A stretch of 64,000 nucleotides of DNA, taken from Octopus bimaculoides (lineage: Eukaryota). Below, piece after piece: positions 26,046-37,882 of the stretch. Location: NCBI RefSeq assembly GCF_001194135.2, contig NC_068981.1:189890052-189954051 (forward strand). Direction: 5' to 3'. Numbering within the stretch: position 1 is the first letter of the stretch; each line of letters starts with the position of its first letter. A program made the translations under genes and the position numbers. The notes under the pieces were generated by a model. The model saw nothing but the letters and a program-made list of their open reading frames with translations, searched no databases and was not told where the DNA came from.

Positions 26046-27059
26046 TCTTATATATGTGTGTGTATATAATATATAATATATGCATATTATATATGTGTGT
26101 GTGCATAATATATACATATTATATATATGTGTGTGTGTGCGTCTGTGTCTATTTTTTATATACACATACATACATACGCAAACATATTTACACAGATATA
26201 TATTTATATATTCATAGATATGTACACACACATGCTCACAGACCCCCCCCCCATGCCAGTGTGGAAGGCGGATGTTAAACAATGACGATGATGATGATAC
26301 ATATATAATATATACATATACATATGTGTGTGTTTGCCATGTGTATGTATGTATGTATGTATGTATGTATGTATGTATGTATGTATGTATGTATGTATGC
26401 GTGTGTGTATGTATCTGGTTGTGATTATATATATATGTATTTCAATAACCTTAATGCATTCATGAATTCATAAGCTGACATATCTTTTATTTTATTTTTT
26501 TGTTTAATTAGTCAGTTTTTTTAAATTTTGTTTTTGTTTTTATTATATTTTGCAATTCTTCGCAACAGTTTCCAAAATTATTTTTCCCCAAAATATAATT
26601 TACATAGAAAATGCTTATTTGACCTCTATGAATTTCTTTTTTTTTTTTATCTCCCAAGCTATGAACAACTGAACACATTTTAGTTTTCAATAAATTTCAT
26701 TACACACTTACTCTCCCACCTGTGAGACTATTTTCAATATTTTTGCTTCCAACAAATGAAATGGAAGACAATATTTATATAGCCTGAGGGACAGTAAATT
26801 CCCACAGGTTAATAAACTTCCTTACCTTGTTACCATTCTTTGCACTGACCATAGCAAAGGTGGTGGTAGTGGGGGTGGCGGCAGTGAACAAAAATAAAAA
26901 ATGTCTTGGAATAACTTTGCATTAATTTAAGTTGATGGAAAGGAAATTTCTTCTATGGTTATTAAATTCTTGTCATTTTAGATATGAAAAACAGAAATTT
27001 ATGTAAATAAATGTATAGATGCTGGTGTGGTTCGGAAGATTACTTTGTAACCATGAAGT

Positions 27060-27660
27060 TTTAGGTTCAATCCCACAGCACAGCACCTTGGGTTGTGTCT
27101 CCTATTATAACCCCAGGCTGAAGGCAGCTTGCTGGCAGAATCGTTAGCAGGTCGGGCAAAATGCTTAGTGGTATTTCGTCTGCCGCTACGTTCTGAGTTC
27201 AAATTCCACCAAGGTCGACTTTGCCTTTTAGCCTTTCGGGTCGATAAATTAAGTACCACTGAAACACTGGGGTTGATGTAATTGACTATCCCTTCCCCCA
27301 AATTTCAGGCCTTTTGCCTATAGTAGAAAGGATTATAGCCCCAGGCTGCCTGTTTTGCGAGGGAAGTTGGTCGACAGAAACTATCTGAAAGCCTGTTGCA
27401 TATGTGTGTGTATATATGTGCGTGTGTGTGTGTGTGTGTGTGGGAATGTATATGTCTTTGTGCTTGTCTCCCCACCCCAAAAAAAAACGTTTCTCCACTG
27501 GTGTTGGTTTATTTACATCCTATGAAATCAGTGTCAGACTTTTTTCTAAATCTGGTATTAAAAAAATAAGCACTGGAGTCAATTTGCTTGATTGAGCCCT
27601 TCAAGCAGGTGCCCCAGCAGGGGCGCCATCCAATGGCTGAAACAAGTAGAAGGTGAGGGA
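27060..27660 (+). mobile_element. Diverged SINE A containing or adjoining SINE C (27120-27340)
   Basis: Head of A at 27060, family C body, then A microsatellite and tail. Confidence 0.7.
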
Positions 27661-27857
27661 AGAAACTGACTTTAAAATTGAAAGGAAGAACCAATCATTG
27701 AAAATCCTTTGAAGCATTCAGATCTCTGGAATATGTTATCATTCATGTAGTTTTGTACATCGTAGAATAAGCAACCATCATCATCACCACCACCACCACC
27801 ACCATCACCACCACCACCACCATCATCATTATCATAATAGTTATCATCATCATCATA

Positions 27858-28018
27858 CAGTGGGACTGAACCTGGAACCATGTGGTTCGCCTGCAGTATT
27901 AATGATATTAACAAAGATAGAATCACTACTTATCTCAACGAGATAAGTAGTGATTCTATCTTTAATAATATTATTAATACTGCAGGTGAACCACATGGTT
28001 CCAGGTTCAGTCCCACCG
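27858..28018. repeat. Fold-back palindrome, 79-bp arms, 3-nt loop, includes part of a SINE A head
   Basis: 27858-27936 is the reverse complement of 27940-28018 (about 5 mismatches); loop AAC. Confidence 0.9.
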
Positions 28019-28156
28019 CATGGCACCTTGGGCAAGTGTCTTCTACTATAGCCTTGGGCTAACCAAAGCGTTGTGAGTGGATTTTGGTAGACGGAAACTG
28101 AAAGAAGCCCGTCGTACATGTGTATATATATATATATATATATTTATATATACATA

Positions 28157-28191
<35 letters not shown>

Positions 28192-28430
28192 GTGTGTATA
28201 TGTTTGTGTGTCTGTATTTGTCCTCCCACCCACCCACCATCACTTGACAACTGATGCTGGTATGTTTATGTACCCGTATCTTAGCGGTTTGGCAAAAGAG
28301 ATCCGATAGAATAAGTACTAGTCTTACAAAGAATAAGTGCTGGGATCGATTTGTTCGACTACAGGCAGTGCTCCAGCATGGCCGCAGTCAAATGACTGAA
28401 ACAAATAAAAGAGCAAAACAAGTAAAAGAA
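27988..28430 (+). mobile_element. SINE family A lacking its A box
   Basis: Starts at AACCACATGGTTCCAGGTTCAGTCCC. Confidence 0.85.
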
Positions 28431-28614
28431 TATAACACGTGTATCCTAGTTTTGAAACAAGCACACAACACCCTTGTGTGTTGTAAGAGACAAATGAGGG
28501 TTAGCAGCAGGAAGGGCATCTGGCTGTACAGCAATGTCTCACAGAGACAGTTCACCTATGACAGCAGAGAAAATAGGTGTAACAATTGATGGAAATGATT
28601 ATCATTTTTATACG

Positions 28615-28995
28615 AGGTGCAGGAGTTCATTCCCACTGCATGGCACCTTGGGCAAGTGTCTTCTACTATAGCCTCGGGCCGACCAAAGCCTTGTGAGTGG
28701 ATTTGGTAGACAGAAACTGAAAGAAGCCCGTCGTATATATGTATGTATATATATATATATGTATGTGTGTTTGCGTGTCTGTGTTTGTCCCCCCAACATC
28801 GCTTGACAACCGATGCTAGAGTGTTTACGTCCCTGTAACTTAGCAGTTCGGCAAAAGAGATCGATAGAATAAGTACTAGGCTTACAAAGAATAAGTCCTG
28901 GGGTCGATTTGCTCGACTAAAAGGCGGTGCTCCAGCATGGCTGCAGTCAAATGACTGAAACAAGTGAAAGAGTAAAAGAGAGTAAAAGAGATGCA
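28615..28995 (+). mobile_element. SINE family A, near-consensus
   Basis: Core, microsatellite and tail. Confidence 0.9.
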
Positions 28996-29378
28996 ATAAT
29001 GTTAGACTTATTCATATATATCTATTAAAACTGTTTTTTTATATTTTCAAACTTCAGTCTTAATTTAAAATTTGTACTTCAGGGACGTCCGCAAAAAAAA
29101 CACGCATGTTATTATGTTGTAAGATAAAGTTACTGAAAAAAAGACACAGGAAGAAGTGTGTGGGTGTGATAGAGGTGTGTGCGAAGTTATGGCCGTGTGA
29201 AAGGAAGAGGGGAAAAGGGGGGAGCGGGAAGTTCAGGAAGGCAAGAGAAGTGTGAGACGAATAAAAATCTCATACAAAATGTTTAACCGTGTAAGAGAAA
29301 TAAACAATCTATATATATATACATGCATACATAATGCATACATATATATATATATATATATATACATGCATACATACA

Positions 29379-29410
<32 letters not shown>

Positions 29411-29420
29411 NNNNNNNNNN

Positions 29421-29467
<47 letters not shown>

Positions 29468-29659
29468 TAAATTTATATTTAAATTTGTGTCTAGCTAATT
29501 ATTTATCATATGGCTGTATTCATTCACATATGCACATTCATTCACATATGCACATACATACATAAATGTCTATGCATCTGTAAGCATCCAATTAGCTGTA
29601 GTTAGCTATATCTATATTGGTTGAAAGAGTGGATAGTAAAATGAAGGCTGTTACTTACA

Positions 29660-29945
29660 ATAGGCAACCACTTTACCCCAGCCAGTCCAGCTCTCTTAAA
29701 AATTATACCAAAATGTGTCAAAATGGAAACGGATCCCATAAAATTCAAATGTTCACTTGAGACAAATTTCTTCAAAAAATCCTGGACCAACCTCCTACAC
29801 CTGGATATGTCTCCAACGATAATAACTCTTTGCTAGAGTGGGCCATGGTGCCCCATATATGACTAAAAGACTTTACCAGGTGGTGCTACTAAGTTAGACA
29901 TGTTCTGGCCCTTTAGTGGCCGAAACCTATCAAAGTCACCACATC
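29660..29945 (+). mobile_element. CR1 LINE 3' end, third copy
   Basis: High identity to 25720-25985. Confidence 0.85.
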
Positions 29946-30161
29946 TATATAAGTGTTTGGTTAATATTTCCAACAGAATTCAAGGATTTTATAATTTCCT
30001 TCTTATGCCAGTTATTTCTAATTTAGAAATGTCATGATTCTCCTGGTTTTGTTTCAATAAAGCTATTCCTAACAATCCCTTACCTTTTTGTAATCCTTCC
30101 CAGAATTCCTATACATTACATGTTGTTGATATTGCATTGATTTCTCCTTTATTTTTATCAG

Positions 30162-30256
30162 GTTCTTGACAAAGCCGTTATTGGTTGGAATCCAGCTCCT
30201 CATTTTCTTCAAAGAAACATTGCTGATTTTCAAAATGGCAGATTATTTGCAATTTT
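30162..30256 (+). CDS. Candidate isolated coding exon, product unknown
   Basis: Acceptor TTTCTCCTTTATTTTTATCAG, donor GTGAGG, open frame VLDKAVIGWNPAPHFLQRNIADFQNGRLFAI; no partner exons or homolog recognised. Confidence 0.2.
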
Positions 30257-31154
30257 GTGAGGTTCTTTCATTTCATGTGTTCTTTGATTCAGGGCAATTT
30301 TTTTGTCTTGCTATATTCTTACAATATTCGTCTCCATTTTATCTCCCTTCACTTATATGTTTTCATTATAAATTTCATTGATTTACTCTCGTCTTCTGTT
30401 TCTTTATTTCCCTTGTTGTTTTGTTAGGCTTTGGTATTCCAATATGAAAAGATGTGAGGAAGAATACGTTTGGCTGTAAATACATATTTTGGTGTGTCCT
30501 GGTACTGTTGACATTTATTTCAATATCTTGCCATATTTCATTAGTAATAAGCAAAAGAATGGAATTTGCTTAGGGGGTGAAAACGCAGATTTTCAGGAGG
30601 ATGTGCAAAGCAGTTTCATTATTACCCACCCAAAATTTGAGGGGTTGTATTGGCACTTGTGCACGCCCTGTATCATTACACCACAATTTTAGCTTTATTG
30701 CTGGTTTAGTTTGTGCATACAAATGTGCTTTATAAAATGTGCTGCTGAATTGAAAGTGAAACATGGGGTTTGTATTGTGTGCCTATATTTTGGACTGCAC
30801 ATAAAGCGGTGAGACATAGTTTGATATTCAGCTTTTTGATAGGGAAAAATGTATCGTACTGACCTCGTGGGTCCTCTCATAATGTCGATCCTTTCCAGAA
30901 GGAATATATCCAAGAGTTTTCTACCCTCCTAACTTCTGACCAGAACCAAGCGGCAAATCCTCTGAACCCACACGACCCTCACATCCATCCCATGCAACAG
31001 CCCCAAAGCAAAAGAGACTCATGCTAGTCATCCTTTTGCTCACATGACTTCCCTTGATCCTATCCTTCTGGCAAGGTCCCTCAACCATTCGCCTGATGTC
31101 ACTGACCCTATACTTCCAGCCCCACCAACCCTACAATTACAATGCCCGAATAGT

Positions 31155-31550
31155 GACTCTTTTACTTGTTTCAGTCATTTGACTGTGGCCATGCTGGAGC
31201 ACTGCCTTTCATTGAGCAAATTGACCACAGGACTTATTCTTTATAAGCCTAGTACTTATTCTATCGGTCTCTTTTGCCAAACCGCTAAGTTACGGGGATG
31301 TAAACACACCAGCATCGGTTGTCAAGCGATGTTGGGGGGACAAACAGACACACAAACACAGACACACAAACATATATATACATATATATGACGGGCTTCT
31401 TTCAGTTTCCGTCTACCAAATCCACTCACAAGGCTTTGGTCGGCCCGAGGCTATAGTAGAAGACACTTGCCCAAGGTGCTACGCAGTGGGACTGAACCCA
31501 GAACCATGTGGTTGGAAAGCAAGCTACTTACCAGAGAGCCACTCCTGCAC
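31155..31550 (-). mobile_element. SINE family A, full near-consensus copy
   Basis: Head to tail intact. Confidence 0.9.
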
Positions 31551-31554
31551 CTAT

Positions 31555-31720
31555 AATATATATTTCTATTTTCAGGTCCTTGTAATTTGACAGCTTTTTG
31601 ACGTCATTCCAGGGAATCGTTTGGTCATAAGATATTCAAATATCTGTCAGTGTTTATAGGTTTTCCTTTGTTCTTTATGTTTACATTGAGGTCAGGCTTG
31701 TGCAAAGTATTGCAGCTATA
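31555..31720 (-). mobile_element. R4/Dong-like RLE LINE fragment, old
   Basis: KPDL...DI*ISYDQTIPWNDVKKLSNYKDLKIEI resembles the D..P.D.N...KE.EKLSKYKDL.IEI motif. Confidence 0.5.
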
Positions 31721-31929
31721 ATTTTACTGTTTATTTTCAGTTTTGCTCCAGAAGTTTCTACACATTGCTTTGTGTTTAGCAAAGTTATTTGACACGGAGT
31801 TTGTCTAATATTTCCAGCAGGTCACATAACAACATAGAGACTCGCTCGTTGACTTTAGGGCAATATTTATAAGGATTCTCCACCTGTCGTACACTCTTTT
31901 CCTTCTTATATATCATGCTAGCATGTGTT

Positions 31930-32140
31930 AGGCCAATGACCTGGCAGAATCATTAGAGCAGTCAACAAAATGTCATACAGTACTTCTGTCTCTTTATATT
32001 CTGGTTTCAAATCCCATGGGAGCCAACCTTACCTTTTATCTTTCCAGTGTCAATACAATAAATACCAGTTGAATACTAAGGTCAATGACCTTGACTAACC
32101 CTTCTACTTATGATTATTAGCCTTGTCCCTAAAATCAAAA
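31930..32140 (+). mobile_element. SINE family C, highly diverged
   Basis: CTGGCAGAATCATTAG...CTGGTTTCAAATCCC...CTTACCTTTTATCTTTCC.GTGTCAATA. Confidence 0.55.
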
Positions 32141-32148
32141 ACATTTAT

Positions 32149-32326
32149 AGTTCTATATTTAAGAGATGGGGAATTATGTACATTAATTACATTATTTACA
32201 ATTGATGGATATTTGTCCTCATCTTGTTTGCTGTTAACAACGTTTCGGCTGATATACCCTCCAGCCTTCATCAGGTGTCTTGGGGAAATTTCGAACCTGT
32301 GTTCTCATTCTTAAGGTATTTGTCGA

Positions 32327-32391
<65 letters not shown>

Positions 32392-33410
32392 TCAGTCTGG
32401 AATCAAACTCAGAATCTTGGAGTTAGTAGCTCACGCTCTTAACCACTATACCATATGCCCTCGGGTAAATATGGAGTGAATTTTTAGGGCTTATAAATCT
32501 AATATTCTCCTATCCTTCCTTAATACCGGTTCCCATATGTTGTTCATATCTGCACTCGGTCTGCTTAGGAGGTTGTTGTGTCCTAGCATATGTGCTGCTT
32601 CTTTTAGTTTTCGTATTTTCCAGTGGTGTTCTCTGTCTATTATTTTAACTTCATCCCACAGGAGGAGGTGGTCTCCATTTTTCCATACATGATCAGCTAT
32701 ACCCGATTTATCAATATCTCCTTGTGTCACAGCTTTCCAATGTTTGTCTACTCTTATTTTGAGGGGGCGACATGTTTTGCCTTTGTATAACCTACCACAG
32801 CTGCATGGGATGGAGTACATGTAGTTTTTGGTCATATTCTCTTCTATTGGTGGTTTTACTCGAAGGAGATATTTGCAAAGTGTTGTATTACTCTTGAATA
32901 CTATTCTGATATATGGGCCGCATATCTTTTGTATCTTTTCGGAGAGGCCTTTCACATAGGGTAGACCGACTGTGGACAGTTTATTGGTTTGATCATCTCT
33001 TTTCTTCATAATTGGAGTGAATAGTATGTTTTGGGGGTAGTTGTTGCTTAATAGATTGTTATTGAGCTTGATCATTTCTTCACGATCGCTACTTATATTC
33101 TTTGCTTGATGGTTTAGGCACTGAGCAATCCCTCGCTTTACACTGTATGGATGGTGGGAATTGAAGTTGGGGTATCGTCCAGTGAAGGTCGGCTTGTGGT
33201 ATACGGATGTCCTGAATCCAAACTTGGTGCATGTTATTAATACATCTAGGAATGCCAGCTGATTGTCTTTTTCCTTTTCCATTGTGAACTGTATGAAATT
33301 TCCTCAAGACACTTGAAGAAGGCTGGAGGGTATATCAGCTGAAACGTTGTGTTAACAACAAACAAGATGAGGACAAATATCCATCAAATGTAAATAATGT
33401 AAAAACATTT
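32149..33410 (-). mobile_element. 5'-truncated Penelope-like element with inverted 5' terminal-repeat fragment
   Basis: Inverted terminal fragment 33295-33410, ORF, then tRNA-like cassette 32388-32460, (AAT)n, hammerhead 32232-32279 and 3' end. An inverted partial terminal repeat at the 5' junction is a known PLE insertion structure. Confidence 0.9.
32491..33282 (-). CDS. PLE polyprotein C-terminus: RT thumb region + GIY-YIG endonuclease (truncated, probably inactive)
   Basis: QFTMEKE..NQLAFLDV...VYHKPTFTGRY.NFNSHHP...LPYVKGLSEKI...YSIPCSCGRLYKGKT.RPLKIR..KH...KLKEA; open for 263 aa; Poseidon-like. Confidence 0.9.
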   Translation of the reverse strand: MEKEKDNQLAFLDVLITCTKFGFRTSVYHKPTFTGRYPNFNSHHPYSVKRGIAQCLNHQAKNISSDREEMIKLNNNLLSNNYPQNILFTPIMKKRDDQTNKLSTVGLPYVKGLSEKIQKICGPYIRIVFKSNTTLCKYLLRVKPPIEENMTKNYMYSIPCSCGRLYKGKTCRPLKIRVDKHWKAVTQGDIDKSGIADHVWKNGDHLLLWDEVKIIDREHHWKIRKLKEAAHMLGHNNLLSRPSADMNNIWEPVLRKDRRILDL

Positions 33411-33414
33411 ACGT

Positions 33415-33600
33415 CCGTGTGTATTGGGCAGAAAAGGCAATGAAATATCTGCCTGTTTCCTCTCCAGACATCGTTCTTTAGTTCATCATTTCCTTTTGTG
33501 TTATTCTGGTGACATAATGACAGACAGGAGGAGGAAATGGGCAAATGGATGCATTTTTTTCTTCTCTCAGGAGGCAGGGTTTAATACTATTTATAAGGGG
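33415..33600 (+). mobile_element. Possible decayed GIY-YIG C-terminus of a second (Neptune-like) PLE
   Basis: CIGQKRQ near the start and KWMHFFSSLRRQGLI near the end (the latter needs a frameshift); weak. Confidence 0.25.
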
Positions 33601-34930
33601 GCAACACTTCTGACCCTTATGTTTTATATGCTTCTTAACATGGTCACAGTCAGTGTTACTTATAAACGCTGGGCTGGCAGGTCTATTGATTCCATCACTG
33701 TTTGTAGTGTTAACTCATTGTAAGTTGTGAGTTTTGTTTTAAGTTTGTCTCTTCGTTTTATTTATTTTTTTTTTCTCTTCATTCGTTTGTCCCATTGTTA
33801 CATGATTGATATGATCACATTGAGTTATTGATACGATTATTTGTTATTGTAAACAGTATTTTATGTGTAATCAATATCAGGAAAACATGATAAAAGCATT
33901 AGATGTATATTGTGAGGATTCAACAATCATCACTATCGACTTATCTACATGGTGTGTTGATTTCACTCTTGAATTTGGTTATGCTATTGAGTATTTTTTC
34001 TTCCCTTTTACATTACATATTTGATCGTCCATGTTGTTATTCAACCCAAAATATATTTCTTCTGCCTCCTTTCCTTCTCCTCCTCCTCCTCCTCATCCAG
34101 CTCTTCTCCTCCTCTCCGTCGTGATCACAATCATAAGATTGTTACATTGCAAGCTGCATTCTTCAGCATTAAATATCTCATATCGTTCTTATGCTTCTTA
34201 CTGTGCCAAACAAAGGAGTTTTTCATAAATATCAGGAATATCTAACAGCTTCAGTCAATAATTTAAATTTCCTGTCACTGTCCCTAAATCTCTCCCCCTT
34301 TTTTTTTCTTAAACAACCATAAGTCAGTTTCAAATTCACTGAAATTCATATTTTAGGTTGTAATAATTTTATCTATTTTGTCACATTTTTTGTCTATTAG
34401 ATGAGCCATCAACATCGATTAAACAACACACTCTTTGCTTTTTATTGAGTATAACAATATCTAACTTGAATGAATGTTCCATTTTCCTATCCATTTGCCT
34501 CTCTATATCCAATATTATGCTCCCATGGTCATTTTCCTTCTTCCGACATGCTTCAATCTAAACATCTTATAAATTCCTCAATGTAAAATTGTATCAACCT
34601 AGATACATCTACAATTCTTATAAACCATCTGGGTTTGCATCTTTGCATTCAAAGGAGTGAAGAAATGAACTCCTTTCATTTATTATTATTTTGGGAGGGA
34701 TGGACTAGAAGGATCCTTTGAATGTTAGGAAGAAATATTTTGTGACATTTATTTCTGTCTCTTTGCATTCTGAGTTCAAATCTTGCTGGGATCAATTTTG
34801 TCTTTCATCTCCCTGGAATCAATAAACTAATTTATACACTAACCAGGTATTGGCACCCATAATAATTGGTAATATCCTTCCCACTGAATTTCTGGTCAGC
34901 TTTCTAATTTAGAAACAATAGTTATTATAC

Positions 34931-35310
34931 AGTTCTATATTTGGGAGATGAGGAATTATGGACATTATTTACATTATTTACATTTGACGGATACTTGTCT
35001 GTTAAATATTTAGAAAGGATAGGAAAATATTAGATTTATAAGCCATAAAATTCACTCCAAAATTGCCCATGGGCATATGGCATCGTGGTTAAGAGCATGG
35101 GCTACTAACCACAAGATTCCGAGTTCGATTTCAGGTAGTGACCTTAATAATAACAATAATAATACCTTTGGAAAAATACCTTAGGAATGAGAACCCAGGT
35201 TTGAAATTCCCCCCAGGACACCTGATGAAGGCTGGAGAGTACATCAGCCGAAACATTGTGTTAACAGCATCCAAGATGAGGACAAATATCCAGCAAATGT
35301 AAATAATGTG
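34931..35310 (+). mobile_element. Short PLE family 1 copy: inverted 3'-end fragment, last ORF codons, tRNA-like cassette, (AAT)n, hammerhead
   Basis: 34931-34999 is inverted; 35010-35041 = KDRKILDL*; hammerhead at 35217-35262. Confidence 0.9.
35071..35143 (+). promoter_or_regulatory. tRNA-derived Pol III-type cassette (A box + B box) inside the PLE terminal repeat
   Basis: GGGCATATGGCATCGTGGTTAAGAGCATGGGCTACTAACCACAAGATTCCGAGTTCGATTTC: A-box-like TGGCATCGTGG, B box GAGTTCGATT, anticodon-like arm with loop CTACTAA; second copy at 32388-32460 (minus). Confidence 0.7.
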
Positions 35311-36199
35311 AATAGTTATTACCATCATATTTCCAACAACTTTATTCATGCTTCTACTTCACTACCGTCTGCACCTTCTTGTTCCTGAACTGTGTTCAAT
35401 ATTATCCTACAGCTGATAAATTTTGCTTTTATTTTGTTGCTCATGTTATCCTTTATCATACTCCATAATGCTCCAATTGTTATTGGCTTTGCTTTCTGAT
35501 CTCATCTTGTTCACCCACTTATTCCTGGGAGGGTCGTGTTGCAGAGTCCTCAAGCACATCTCCCACTGGGTTCTATCAGAAGCAACCATATCCAATAGAT
35601 TTAGCTTTGCTTTCATCAGATTTATAAGAATTTTAAAATCTTTTTGTTCTAAATTTCCCCACCTCCTTCAGGCAACGTTTCAGTTATAAGAAATTGAGAT
35701 CTCTATCTGAGTATTGACTTTTTAGTTCCAGTACTTGAGTTGAACTCACCTTATTTTTTTTTTCTTTAATTTTGTGACTACAGTGAATGTTGCATAGATT
35801 ATTTAATTTAACCTTTTGATGACTGTGGCTACATCATTGTCATAGATCTTCTTCAGCAAAAATTTGCATCGCTTCCTAACCTTTTCAGGTGCACACAGTA
35901 AACACTAATGCTGACTCTGTGGATTGGAGTGTTTTTTTTTTCTATTTATTATTCCCTTTATACATAATGGAATCCTGTCTTCAATTTTATCATATTTTTT
36001 AACATTTACTGTTTAATTTCTTATCATTGCTCGTGTAAATGCTTTTAGCAGTTAGCATGTACTTCACCTTTTTCTTATGCATTGAAAAAGTGGTATTTGT
36101 CATGTTCCCTTTGTTTGTTTGTAAGTTTCTAGCATTTCTCTATTTGCATCAGACACCTCCCTCTTTGTGTGCATGGTAGATGTCATTATCATTCTTCAA

Positions 36200-36400
36200 C
36201 ATCATTTAATATCCACTTTCCATGTTGGTATGGGTTGGATGGTATGACAGAGAACCAGTGAGCTGCAGGATTGTGTCAGGCTCCAGTGTAAGCTTTGGTA
36301 ATTTCCATAGCCGGATGCCCTTCCTAATGTCAACCACTTTATAGAGTGTGTTGGATGCTTTTTACATGCCACTGACACAAGTGAGTTTGCTATGAAAATT
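36200..36400 (-). mobile_element. RTE 3' tail (family B), diverged
   Basis: CCGGATGCCCTTCCTAATGTCAACC motif. Confidence 0.75.
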
Positions 36401-36853
36401 TGCAAGACCTAAAAGAACAGAGAAAAAGGAGAGAAAAACTCCCACTACTAAGCAGAAGTATTTGGGAGAGAAAGGTGGCTTTATGCAGGTGTTGAAAGGC
36501 TCAAAGAATGATAGAGAGACAAGCACAACTGTCCTTCTATAGAGGAGATACATGGTTGAAGAAACTAAGAGGAAGGTAGGAGTTAAATCAAACTGTCAGG
36601 GAGCAAGGTGAGCATAAAAGAGGATACAGGCAGTAAGTCATAGGAAGGGACGAGAGTATGTGGATGCATTCATGGGGGTGTGAACCAGTGGAGATAGAGG
36701 TTAGAGATTAATGTATTGAGTGATGAGCAAGGGTGGGGGTGCAGATGATGGGGAAATACTAGTGTGGAGAGGGAAAAGAGAGAGATATAGGAGTGACTTA
36801 AGAAGGAGCGTAGAGCTAAGTATATGTAAGGTGTAGGGGCAGTGGAGAGGGAG

Positions 36854-36854
<1 letters not shown>

Positions 36855-36897
<43 letters not shown>

Positions 36898-37205
36898 TTA
36901 ACGTCTGTTGTCCATGCTGGCATGGGTTGGACGGTTTGACTGGGCTGGCATGCTGGAAGGCTGCACCAGACTCCAGTCTGATTTGGCATGGTTTTCTATG
37001 GCTGGATGCCCTTCCTAACGCCAACCACTCTGAGAGTGTAATGAGTGTTTTTTACGTGCCACTGGCACAGGTGCCATTTGCACTACACCGGTATCTGCCA
37101 CGACTGCGATTTTGCTCGGTTTGATGGCTCATCTTCTCTAGCATGACATAATGTCAAAGGTCTCGGTCATTGCCTCCGTAAGGCCCCAACACTCTAAAGG
37201 AACTC
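36855..37205 (-). mobile_element. RTE 3' end with (GAT)n tail and last ORF codons
   Basis: 37160-37200 matches the LGL(T/M)EAMT.D end of the ORF at 4820-4860. Confidence 0.8.
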
Positions 37206-37689
37206 GGCCACTTTGACCCCATATAGGAATATATAAGGGGATATAATAGGTTGATGGGTCATGGTGGTGGAAATGGGAAGACATTGAGAATGATAGCAGA
37301 TGTGTTTAGAATGGAGTGACAGAGTGGGGAAAGAACAATGGTTGAAGGTACCGAAGTGGGGTGGGGTTGGGGGTGATTGGTTGAGACGGTGTGAACAGGG
37401 ATGATGAGGAATGTGGGAGTTTGTTAGGGAGGGGATGAGATGTAATATGTGCTGATTCTGCTCTCCGGTGAGTACAGCTGTCAAGTAATACCATAGAAGG
37501 GGAAGGGTTGAAAATAGAGGGATGCAGGGCCCCTCATGTACATATATTTGATATATATCAACTCTGGAGTGATGGAATCTGTTATTAATATCTTGATTTT
37601 CTGCTTAAGTTCTTCAATTCACATGACAACCAACTTGTGCTGGATGAAGCTATAGTTCTTAGCTGTGATGGCTAATGTGTTTAGGCAAA

Positions 37690-37840
37690 GGTGTGGCTGT
37701 GTGGTAAGTAGTTTGCTTACTGACCACATGGTCCCAGGTTCACTCCCCCTGTATGGCACCTTGGGTAAGTCTCTTCTACTATAGCATTGAGCCGACCAAA
37801 GCTTTGTGAGTTGATTTGGTAGATGGAAACTGGAAGAAGC

Positions 37841-37882
<42 letters not shown>

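Noticed and set aside
26826-26852. Minus-strand ATG...AAG|GTAAGG (MVSAKNGNK) as a first coding exon
   Set aside because: Only 9 codons; expected by chance.
33571-33719. Apparent exon (acceptor TTTTCTTCTCTCAG, donor GTAAGT, open frame EAGFNTIYKG...)
   Set aside because: No recognisable protein; it overlaps what looks like the decayed end and 3' region of a second PLE; no compatible partner exon.
35071-35143. Functional tRNA gene
   Set aside because: The acceptor stem does not close, the ACT anticodon is not a normal eukaryotic tRNA-Ser anticodon, and it is part of a repeat. The same applies to all SINE heads.
35595-35625. Minus-strand CTGATGA-A-AGC[AAA]GCT as a hammerhead
   Set aside because: No GAAA box, helix III or helix I.
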